A stretch of DNA of 20,341 nucleotides from an uncultured bacterium (GTDB lineage: Bacteria; Zixibacteria; MSB-5A5; JAABVY01; JAHJOQ01): assembly GCA_965369655.1 (NCBI GenBank), contig CBDUQR010000047.1, positions 1 to 20,341 on the forward strand. Reading direction: 5' to 3'. The notes under the pieces are model-generated. The model saw only the letters and a program-made list of their open reading frames with translations, was not told the DNA's origin and did not search any database. Shown here piece after piece: positions 9,004-16,944 of the stretch (the stretch's first letter is position 1; each line of letters starts with the position of its first letter). The translations under genes were made by a program, and so were the position numbers.

Positions 9004-11442
9004 CTACACTCCACCCGGATACTCTTTCATGATACTCGCGAATTCTGTAAGGTGGTCGTCTACCATACGGTTGATCGTGCCTTCCGGATACGTGCCGTCA
9101 TCCTGTCTCTCTCCCGCAGGCACACCCGTGAGAAGCTCGATACCCTGATCGATTGTCTCAATCGGATAGATATGGAATGTACCGTTCTCCACAGCGTCGA
9201 CAACCTCCGGTTTCAGCATCAGGTCGGACACATTCTGATGCGGTATCATCACTCCCTGGTTCCCGGTCAGCCCCCTGCTTTCACAGACATCGAAGAACCC
9301 CTCGATCTTCTCGTTGGCGCCACCAATCGGCTGAATCTCACCCCTCTGATTGACCGACCCGGTCACCGCAGTATCCTGGCGGATCGGTTGATTGGAGAGC
9401 GAAGAAAGCAGAGCATAAACCTCGGTCGATGATGCCGAATCGCCATCCACGCCGCCATACGATTGCTCGAAACAGATCGACGCAGACACTGCTAACGGTT
9501 TGTTTCGAGCATACCTGCTGCGGAGCAGTCCGGAGAGAATCAGCACGCCCTTGTTGTGTATGGGACCGGAAAGTTCAGCCTCTCTCTCGATATTGATGAC
9601 TCCGCCCTTGCCGACAGCCACCGTCGTCGTCAGTCGCGTCGGTTTTCCGAATGCGTACTGCCCGAGGTCATACACGGAGAGACCGTTGATCTGGCCGACA
9701 ACGGATTCATCAGTATCGATCATTATCGAACCTTCCTCGATCATCTCGCTGAGTTTGTCCTCGGGAAGGTTCATCCGTTTCTTCCAGTTCTCGATCGCTG
9801 TCCTGACATGTTCGTATGTGACAACATCGGCGCCGCTCTTGCCCGCCCAGTAGTCGGCTTCCCTGAGAAGATCGGAGATGAGATTGAACCGCGTTGTCAG
9901 CTTGTTGCGACGACCCGCCTTGCGAACGCCGTACTCCAGCACCCCGGCGATCCCCGTTCCATCGAACTCGCGAAGCCCGTCGCGGTTGCATATCTTCGAG
10001 ATGAATCTCACATACTCATCCGTAGCAGTATCGGACCGATTCATCTCGTGATCGAACTGAGCCAGAATCTTGAATATCTTCTTGAAATCCTCATCCGCGA
10101 AGAACAGCAGATTGTACATCTGGTGATCGCCGATCATCAGGACTTTTACATCGATCTCTACCGGCTGAGGCTTGAGAGCTGACGATGTGAGCATGTAGAA
10201 CGGATCGTAGTTCTGGATTTCGACCTTCCTGTTCCGAAGAGCGCGCTTGAGCGCAGGCCAAACACCCGGCTCGATCAGCGCGTCCATCGCATTGATCACG
10301 AGAAACCCGCCGGATGCCTTCAGGAGCGAACCCGCCTTTATCTTCGTGAAATCAGCCCGGTACGACCGCAGACCCTCCTGCTCACGTTCGATAGTCCCGA
10401 ACAGGTTGCGATATGAAGGATTGATTTCGATCACGATCGGCGGCTTCCTGGTTTTCGAATTGTCCACAAGGACATTGACTCGATACTTGAGGAACGGGTC
10501 GGCTTCGCGCTTGCCATGTGAGGGTGATTCGTCGGACCCCTTGTTGCCCGATTTCTCCTTCGTGAACAGAGAGATATTCTTCAGAACATCATCTGCGACC
10601 TCATCCAGATAGATGTGCAGATCCTCTGAGTCGAACTCCGACTTCACATACGCGACGAGTCCGTTCACAATCGGCTCGGTTCTCTTCTTTTCGAGCACCT
10701 GCAGCGTTTCCTCGAGCTTGGCTACGACATCGCGATTCTCCTTGAATACCTCGTGCAGACGGCTCTCCAGTTCTGCGTACTTCGCCTCGAACTGCTTGAG
10801 CTTCTCCTCGGGGACCTTCCCCTCACGAACGAGAACCTCGAGCTCATCGAACGACATTGGCTTGTCGTCAACCACTGGATGAAGATCCGGTTTCACGTAC
10901 GGGCCGATCTGTACCTGCACCAGCGCAAAGCTGTGCTCAGCGATTTCCGCCTCGAATGCCTGCAGTATTTCCTTCTGCTCTGTCTGGAAACTTCGGACTA
11001 TGTTCTTCCTGTGTTCCTGGTACTTGTCAGACTCGAAGAGATTGGTCAGATTCTGCACCAGGTCATTGACGAGGCGATCCATACTTTTTTTGAATTTGCA
11101 GCCATTGCCCGCAAGAAGAGCAAGCGAGCGAGGCTGATCCTCATCCCTGAAATTGTGGAGGTAGACAATGTCGGGCGGCGGGCTGTCGCCGCTTACGATT
11201 TCTTCGAGCAGGTGCTTGACAGTAGTCGTTCTCCCCGTTCCGGCCATGCCGGAGATGAAAATATTGTAGCCTTCACGCTTTACCTCGAGGCCGAGCCTGA
11301 TGGCCTCGACAGCTCTATCCTGGCCGATGATGACATCCGCAGGTTCCACGTCCCTGCTGGATTTCCATTTTAGCGAACTCGGATCGCATCTCCAGCGCAA
11401 CTGTTCTGCTGTGAGTTCTTTCACCTTATTTGAAGCTGACAT
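9004..11442 (-). CDS. Lon-like protease, LonC/LonB-type (AAA-like domain plus Lon_C), 812 aa
   Basis: IIGQDRAVEA, Walker A-like GMAGTGRTT, NLFGTIE, GSLLKASGGFL, protease domain FEQSYGGVDGDSAS (Ser) and IGGANEKIEGF (Lys); ATG 11442 with GGGAGG RBS. Confidence 0.93.
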   Translation of the reverse strand: MSASNKVKELTAEQLRWRCDPSSLKWKSSRDVEPADVIIGQDRAVEAIRLGLEVKREGYNIFISGMAGTGRTTTVKHLLEEIVSGDSPPPDIVYLHNFRDEDQPRSLALLAGNGCKFKKSMDRLVNDLVQNLTNLFESDKYQEHRKNIVRSFQTEQKEILQAFEAEIAEHSFALVQVQIGPYVKPDLHPVVDDKPMSFDELEVLVREGKVPEEKLKQFEAKYAELESRLHEVFKENRDVVAKLEETLQVLEKKRTEPIVNGLVAYVKSEFDSEDLHIYLDEVADDVLKNISLFTKEKSGNKGSDESPSHGKREADPFLKYRVNVLVDNSKTRKPPIVIEINPSYRNLFGTIEREQEGLRSYRADFTKIKAGSLLKASGGFLVINAMDALIEPGVWPALKRALRNRKVEIQNYDPFYMLTSSALKPQPVEIDVKVLMIGDHQMYNLLFFADEDFKKIFKILAQFDHEMNRSDTATDEYVRFISKICNRDGLREFDGTGIAGVLEYGVRKAGRRNKLTTRFNLISDLLREADYWAGKSGADVVTYEHVRTAIENWKKRMNLPEDKLSEMIEEGSIMIDTDESVVGQINGLSVYDLGQYAFGKPTRLTTTVAVGKGGVINIEREAELSGPIHNKGVLILSGLLRSRYARNKPLAVSASICFEQSYGGVDGDSASSTEVYALLSSLSNQPIRQDTAVTGSVNQRGEIQPIGGANEKIEGFFDVCESRGLTGNQGVMIPHQNVSDLMLKPEVVDAVENGTFHIYPIETIDQGIELLTGVPAGERQDDGTYPEGTINRMVDDHLTEFASIMKEYPGGV

Positions 11443-11530
11443 ATTTTCCTCCCATGGAATGACCCAGATTCTCCGGTAAATAAGTCGTTCTTCTACAATA
11501 TGCAAACCTTTTGTACAATGCAGAGGTCCG

Positions 11531-11713
11531 ATGAACACGGAAAGGCGCGGGGGAGATGGGTCTTCGTAGGACAGAACCCCCTTCAGCGGTTCTGCCGGAG
11601 CATTCTGGAAAGAGATGACCGAGGGATTCCTCAATAAGCAGCGCGAGATGATGGCGAAGGTTGTCGGCGAGAGTGATCAGGTCTCGGTGGCAGCGCAGCG
11701 GGGACAGGACTGA
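11531..11713 (+). pseudogene. Disrupted 5' fragment of an unidentified gene fused to the aspA remnant
   Basis: AGAGG RBS + ATG 11531, candidate TTCTAC-N17-TACAAT promoter at 11491-11519; in-frame TAG at 11567; frame continues protein-like (FWKEMTEGFLNKQREMMAKVVG) and runs out of frame into the lyase remnant. Confidence 0.35.
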
Positions 11714-12408
11714 ATGCTCATCCGGAGTATCGTCAGCGTGTCGCCGATGCTCTCGCTGAGATCACCGGTTTTCCGATATGACCGGTTAACGACTATTTCT
11801 GGGCGATGCGGTCGCTTGCGCCGTTTGTCGATTTCAGCGCGGCGTTGAGGAATTTGGCGATAGAGCTGTCGCGAATCATAAACAACCTCAGATTGCTTGC
11901 GTCCGGTCCAACCACCGGACTGGCGGAGATCGCTCTTCTGCCTGTGCAGCCGGGTTCATCGATTATGCCGGGCAAGGTCAACCCTGTGATGGCTGAGATG
12001 ATGAACATGGTTTGCTTCAGCGTAATCGGATTCTACGAGTCGGTAGCGTCGGCGGCTGCTGCCGGGTAACTCGAACTGAATGTCATGATGCCGCTGGTTG
12101 GTTATGCTGTTGGTGAACAGATGAAAATCATGACCGGTGGGCTCAGAACTTTTCTCGAAAAATGTCTCAGCGACATCAAACCAAACGAGGACTCATGCCG
12201 TAGATTTTTAGAGAAGAGTCTCGGACTGGTCACCGCCCTGAATCCGATCATCGGATACGCCAGGGCGGCGGAAGTCGCGAAAGAGGCGCAGGTGAGCGGC
12301 AGGTCGATCAAAGAGATCATTCTTGAAAAAGGCTATCTGACCGAGGATCAGATGGCTGAAATACTGGATCCCGGACCGTTGACCGAACCGGGCATCCCGA
12401 AAAAATAA
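11680..12408 (+). pseudogene. aspA: Aspartate ammonia-lyase / class II fumarase pseudogene (C-terminal half only)
   Basis: Single frame GLGGSAAGTGLNAHPEY...GSSIMPGKVNPV...AG*LELNVMMP...TALNPIIGY; in-frame stops TGA 11779-11781 and TAA 12067-12069; N-terminal half missing; fumC cannot be excluded. Confidence 0.88.
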
Positions 12409-12439
12409 AAATTCTTTCTTCCTCCCTTTTCTGTTGGTT

Positions 12440-12473
12440 GGTCCCCGTCGTAATGGCGGGGACCTTTGTATTT
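12440..12473 (+). terminator. Rho-independent terminator after the aspA remnant
   Basis: GGTCCCCGTC-GTAAT-GGCGGGGACC hairpin followed by TTTGTATTT. Confidence 0.7.
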
Positions 12474-12484
12474 CGAAATCTTGC

Positions 12485-12628
12485 GTAGGTCGAAACCTTT
12501 ACGGTTTCGACATCTTGAGAAAAGCCAAGAATGGAGAAATCAACTCTCGGGATTCGCAGAATGATCGAAGGGACTTTTCCCTTTTCGCGCTTTGCGCGAT
12601 TGTCGAAACCACAAGGGTTTCGACCTAC
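12485..12628. repeat. Inverted doublet of 27-nt GTAG-type REP hairpins (REPIN-like)
   Basis: GTAGGTCGAAACCTTTACGGTTTCGAC at 12485-12511 (+) and GTAGGTCGAAACCCTTGTGGTTTCGAC at 12628-12602 (-), 90 nt apart. Confidence 0.85.
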
Positions 12629-12805
12629 TCGACTTAACCGGCCACAAAGAGAATATGTCAATGACATTGACATCAACTTAAGAAAGTGTTATCCATGTGG
12701 TGAATCTATAATCTATGTGATGGTACATACATTTGAAACGAAAAGCCTACCCAATAGTGTTATGAAGAAACCATATAACCATTATTAGACTTATAAGGAA
12801 AAGAA

Positions 12806-13699
12806 ATGAATATTGCTCTTACATTGCTTGGTATAGCCATAGGTATTACAGTAACAGTTTTTGTTGGCCGACATTATTTCCGTCGTACCATAGAAAGAAA
12901 ATTAACGCCGTTCATACATTTACATTCAGAAGTGTTTGCTGGCATCGATCCAGAAGTGCGTAAAGACATTCAAATATTCTATAAAAATGAGGAAGTTAAC
13001 GACCTAACTCATTATCAAGTTTTGATAGCAAACACTGGCGATAGAGCTATTCGGGACTTTATTAAACCATTAACTGTCATATTTCCAGAAAACGTCAAAA
13101 TACTAGATGTCTCAATACTTCATAAATCACCTAAAGAGCTTGAACTTAGACATAAAATTGAAGCAAATAAAAATAGTGATATCTGTACATTTGAAATCCC
13201 ACTATTGAACAAAGAAGATTTTTTCCTAGTCAAATTCCTGCTCAAAGGTGAGGTCTCACCTTCTGCTCCAGAATACAGGATAACAGTCGATGACATTCCT
13301 CCTAAGATATTACCGGAATGGCTCTCCAATAGCGCTACTACAGAAGAGAAAAGTAAAATTGAGTGGGAAGCTTTTGGGTTTGGCATAGGTATTATTGTTG
13401 GAGCAGTGAGCCTTACTTATCTGGGATATTTACTATGGAAATCCACCCCCTCTCTTTTCCCATACCCTTGGAGTACTTTTCAATTTAACATTATTAGCAG
13501 TATCGCGCTAATTTTTGCAGTACTATTCATTCTTGCAGTATTTTTGATCGGTCTTTTTCTTGCAGCTGGAATTGGATTTGAAGAAGTGTTCTCCCAAAGT
13601 AAATACAAATTCCCACTTCCAAGAGAGCTAAGGCGTGGAAGTAGATTCCTCATTAAGCAAGATGCAATAACTAAAGAAATAGAAGAAAATCCGACATAA
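12806..13699 (+). CDS. Hypothetical membrane protein (297 aa), AT-rich, probably horizontally acquired
   Basis: TAAGGA RBS; N-terminal hydrophobic helix, beta-rich soluble middle, two C-terminal hydrophobic helices; markedly more AT-rich than flanking genes. Confidence 0.85.
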   Translation: MNIALTLLGIAIGITVTVFVGRHYFRRTIERKLTPFIHLHSEVFAGIDPEVRKDIQIFYKNEEVNDLTHYQVLIANTGDRAIRDFIKPLTVIFPENVKILDVSILHKSPKELELRHKIEANKNSDICTFEIPLLNKEDFFLVKFLLKGEVSPSAPEYRITVDDIPPKILPEWLSNSATTEEKSKIEWEAFGFGIGIIVGAVSLTYLGYLLWKSTPSLFPYPWSTFQFNIISSIALIFAVLFILAVFLIGLFLAAGIGFEEVFSQSKYKFPLPRELRRGSRFLIKQDAITKEIEENPT

Positions 13700-13770
13700 T
13701 TTAAAGAACTAAGAGTGAGGATGTTTAACAATAGACTGGACGAGATGCAGGGTGGTCCACCCTTCAAGAT

Positions 13771-13818
13771 GTCGAAACCGCCCTTCGAAGCTCAGGACAT
13801 GCAGGGATTTCGACCTAC
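13771..13818 (-). repeat. Third GTAGGTCGAAA REP copy interrupted by a 21-nt insertion (family 2, copy A)
   Basis: GTCGAAACCGC[CCTTCGAAGCTCAGGACATGC]AGGGATTTCGACCTAC; removing 13782-13802 leaves a 27-nt REP colinear with 12602-12628. Confidence 0.85.
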
Positions 13819-13831
13819 TCGATTTCTGACT

Positions 13832-14470
13832 TCACAACCCCAGCTGTATCGACACGCCACATAGGAGTATCACGAATCCGGCGAGAGCGTGTGAGTACTG
13901 TTCAAGACGGCCGAGTGAGATGAACCTCACTCCGTACGAGAGCACCAGGACCATCGTGATCATAGTCGAGACAGTCACCAAACCGAAAACCGTTGCGACT
14001 GCGACCATGCCGGATGTACTATGCTGCGCTGCGGGATACATCAGGATCGGTATCAGCGGCTCGCATGGTCCCAGAACGAAGACTGTAAACAGCACCCACG
14101 GCGTGATGCTTTTCTTGTCAGCGTGAACGTGTGAATGCGAGTGCCGTTTTGCGGCTCGTCTCAGCCCCCACACCAGATAGACAAGCCCGAATGCGATCAA
14201 TGCCCACGCCGCAAGGTCACCTCGGACAGATTCGATAATTTCAAGGCTAGTAACAGCGGTGCCAATTGCCGCACCAATAAGTCCGAGTACGACAGAGCTC
14301 AGCACATGACCGATGCCACAGAACGCAGTAATCACCACTGTCTTCGATCTCGACCAGTTGCGAGCCGACGCCATCGCCACGAACGGCAGATAATGATCCG
14401 GTCCGAGGACTGTATGGATCAGCCCTATCGACGCTGCTGTGATCAGTAATGCTGTCAGTTCAGCGCTCAT
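13832..14470 (-). CDS. Nickel/cobalt transporter-like membrane protein (NiCoT/UreH/DsbD_2-like)
   Basis: About 6 hydrophobic helices, HTVLGPDH motif in TM1, His-rich loop HSHSHVH, PCEP motif; start at ATG 14470 with GAAAGG RBS (212 aa). Confidence 0.8.
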   Translation of the reverse strand: MSAELTALLITAASIGLIHTVLGPDHYLPFVAMASARNWSRSKTVVITAFCGIGHVLSSVVLGLIGAAIGTAVTSLEIIESVRGDLAAWALIAFGLVYLVWGLRRAAKRHSHSHVHADKKSITPWVLFTVFVLGPCEPLIPILMYPAAQHSTSGMVAVATVFGLVTVSTMITMVLVLSYGVRFISLGRLEQYSHALAGFVILLCGVSIQLGL

Positions 14471-14626
14471 ATCTATGTGCCTTTCTTGCTCGCCGTGCGC
14501 AGTCGGAATAAAGCGATCGGACGTCATCGACGCAAGATCAATTACTTTCACCTCTTTCCGCTTGATTTCCCAGCGATATTTCGTTTATTCAGCGATCTGG
14601 ATGTGACCACATACCGAAAGGCGATC

Positions 14627-16453
14627 ATGACGACTGCAACGACCACAAAAAGTAAATCAATTCCGCAGAGATCGGATGTCGAAGAAAAAGATCGATGGAA
14701 TCTCGGCGATATCTACCCAACCGATAACGACTGGGAAAATGACTACAAGAAAGCCGAAGGACTGATCGAGAAAGCTGACGGCTTCAAAGGCAAACTTGGT
14801 GAATCGGCCTCGACTCTCTACGACTGCCTCGAAACACGAAGCAGCCTTTCGCTGATCTGCGACAACCTGCATCAATACGCCAAAATGAGCCAAGACCTCG
14901 ACAGCCGTATGTCGAAATATCAGGCGATGACCGACCGTGCAGCGATGTTAGCATCGAAAGCTACAGCGGCATTTTCGTTCGTGGAGCCGGAACTTCTGCA
15001 GATCGACGATGAAACACTTCGGAAGATGGCGGATCAGTTCCCGAAGACCGACATCTACGATTTCTATATTAAAGAATTGATCCGATCGCGAGTACATATC
15101 AGGTCCGCCGATGTCGAGGAGGTTCTCGCGCAGGCTGACATGATCGCGCGTGCTCCCGACAACATTTTCGGAATGCTGGACAACGCTGATATCAGCTATC
15201 CGACAATCAAAGATGAGAATGGCGAAGACCTGAAGCTGACCAAACAGCGGTATCAGAAGATCGTCATGGAGTGCCCGGTTCAGAGTGTCCGTCGCGATGC
15301 CAACGATGCGTTCCTGTCGTCATACAAGGATTTGCTGAACACAATCGGATCGACACTCGCCACAGCGATCAACAAAGATGTCTTCTACGCGAAAGCGCGC
15401 AAATACGACAGTTCGCTGCATCATTCCCTTGATGCCGGGAACATTCCGGTCGAAGTCTACCGCTCTTTGCTCGATACAACAGAATCACACCTCGAACCGC
15501 TTCACAAGTGGATGGCAGTCCGCAAGAAACTTCTCGGTCTTGAAAAACTGTTCTCGTACGACGTCTACTGCCCGCTCTTCCCGGATATGACATATTCGAT
15601 ACCATACGACGAGGCTGTCAGGCAGGTGCTCGAAGCTGTCGCTCCGCTTGGCGATGAGTACTGTCGCGATCTTAAATCCGGCTTCGACAAGCGTTGGGTC
15701 GATGTTTACGAAACAGAAGGCAAACGAGGCGGCGCATATAGCTGGGGAAGCTACTCGTCTCATCCGTTCGTCCTGATGAACTATAACGATACGATCAACA
15801 ACATGTTTACGCTGGCGCACGAGATGGGTCATGCGATGCATAGTTTCTTGTCTAACAGGAAGCAGCCATATCAAAAAGCATCGTACAGCATTTTCGTCGC
15901 GGAGGTAGCGTCAACATTGAATGAGGGACTGCTGCTCGATTATTTGCTCAGGAAAGCGGATGATGACAAGCAGAAGCTGTTCCTGTTGAATCGCCAGATA
16001 GACAACACTCTCGGCACGTTCCTCAACCAGGTCATGTTCGCGCGATTCGAGTTGATGATCCATGAGACCATCGAGAAAGGCGACGCGCTTTCGCCTGACT
16101 CGATGAGCGAGATGTGGAAAGAGTTGACGCGGAAGTATTATGGTTCAGCAATGGAGCCAGATGACTCCACGAAATACAAATGGGCGAGAATCCCGCATTT
16201 TTACTGGAATTTCTACGTCTACCAATATGCTACATCGTACGCAGCCTCTCAGGCTATTCTGAAGAGATTCCTCGGTGGGGAGGATGGCCTGATCGAGAAA
16301 TATCTCGGGCTGATTTCATCAGGTGGAAACGATTATCCGATTGAGCAACTCAGGAAATGCGGTGTCGATATGACCACATCCGATCCGGTTGAGGCAACCA
16401 TCCAGCTCTTCTCGCAACAGGTCGATGAACTGGAGAAGATAGCAGCCGAATAG
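14627..16453 (+). CDS. pepF: Oligoendopeptidase F (M3B metallopeptidase)
   Basis: N-terminal RSDV..KDRWNL.DIY, GKRGGAYS, zinc motif HEMGH, FVAEVAST, WARIPHFY..FYVYQYA; ATG 14627 with GAAAGG RBS. Confidence 0.96.
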   Translation: MTTATTTKSKSIPQRSDVEEKDRWNLGDIYPTDNDWENDYKKAEGLIEKADGFKGKLGESASTLYDCLETRSSLSLICDNLHQYAKMSQDLDSRMSKYQAMTDRAAMLASKATAAFSFVEPELLQIDDETLRKMADQFPKTDIYDFYIKELIRSRVHIRSADVEEVLAQADMIARAPDNIFGMLDNADISYPTIKDENGEDLKLTKQRYQKIVMECPVQSVRRDANDAFLSSYKDLLNTIGSTLATAINKDVFYAKARKYDSSLHHSLDAGNIPVEVYRSLLDTTESHLEPLHKWMAVRKKLLGLEKLFSYDVYCPLFPDMTYSIPYDEAVRQVLEAVAPLGDEYCRDLKSGFDKRWVDVYETEGKRGGAYSWGSYSSHPFVLMNYNDTINNMFTLAHEMGHAMHSFLSNRKQPYQKASYSIFVAEVASTLNEGLLLDYLLRKADDDKQKLFLLNRQIDNTLGTFLNQVMFARFELMIHETIEKGDALSPDSMSEMWKELTRKYYGSAMEPDDSTKYKWARIPHFYWNFYVYQYATSYAASQAILKRFLGGEDGLIEKYLGLISSGGNDYPIEQLRKCGVDMTTSDPVEATIQLFSQQVDELEKIAAE

Positions 16454-16454
16454 G

Positions 16455-16633
16455 GGCAGTCTCAAAAGCCCTATTCTCCAGTAGGTCGGAGTTCCGCAGC
16501 AAGCGAAGCTTGCAAGTCCCTCGGGGATCGGGATCAGCGACCGAAAACCCGACTCCTGTGCAACAAGATAAAGGTGTCACGTTTCTTACCCTCGTACCTC
16601 GGGTTCGGAACACGACCTACTTTTGGGACAGCC
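16455..16633. repeat. MITE-like unit: 14-bp terminal inverted repeats enclosing an inverted REP doublet
   Basis: GGCAGTCTCAAAAG (16455-16468) and CTTTTGGGACAGCC (16620-16633), 12/14 complementary; inside are GTAGGTCG hairpins at 16481-16553 (+, containing the family-1 insertion 16517-16544) and 16620-16576 (-). Confidence 0.7.
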
Positions 16634-16673
16634 TTTCCCGGTCTGCCCCATTTTGAGCTTGTGTAACGGAAAT

Positions 16674-16700
16674 CGGCAGATGTGGACATCTGCCGCGCAC
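16674..16700 (-). repeat. 27-nt REP-like hairpin, GGCAGA family (uninterrupted copy)
   Basis: Minus strand GTGCGCGGCAGATGTCCACATCTGCCG; homologous to the interrupted hairpin at 19819-19866. Confidence 0.75.
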
Positions 16701-16885
16701 AGTATATTCACGAATAACATACGCCCAGAATACGTTTGACAATGTACATAGCAGACCTGTCGAAACTACCTTTTCGGACAGCCGCAATAGTCTTATAACG
16801 CCTGAATTTCACGAATCTGGCATCGGTGGCCGCTCACTCTGTCTGTGAGCATTGCAAAAAGTGATACTCGAAACCCGAAATTTGC

Positions 16886-16914
16886 TTGAACCGCGTTGCG
16901 GTTTGGAGTATCTT
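16886..16914 (+). promoter_or_regulatory. Putative uvrA promoter with overlapping palindrome AACCGC-N3-GCGGTT
   Basis: TTGAAC (16886-16891), 17 nt spacer, TATCTT (16909-16914); perfect inverted repeat at 16889-16903. Confidence 0.5.
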
Positions 16915-16944
16915 TCCGGGTTCACGTATTCGATGGAGACAGAT

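Noticed and set aside
11443-11634. Long N-terminal extensions given by the ORF track for the Lon-like protease (also clpX, pepF, uvrA, Ni transporter)
   Set aside because: Family similarity begins at downstream starts, most with a clear RBS; the extensions look like chance open frames over intergenic DNA
11779-12069. Stop-codon recoding (selenocysteine or alternative genetic code) in aspA
   Set aside because: Different stop types interrupt the frame including TAA, the 5' half of the gene is missing, and intact genes here terminate with TGA, TAG and TAA normally
12485-13822. Integron attC cassette interpretation of the hairpins flanking the AT-rich gene
   Set aside because: The hairpins are only 27 nt, start with GTAG, lack RYYYAAC/GTTRRRY boxes, and no integron integrase is present; REP fits better
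14471-14626. NiCo riboswitch or NikR/Zur box upstream of the metal transporter
   Set aside because: No recognisable consensus or clear palindrome found by eye
16451-16783. Possible CRISPR array
   Set aside because: Repeats are inverted, heterogeneous and irregularly spaced; no cas genes in the window
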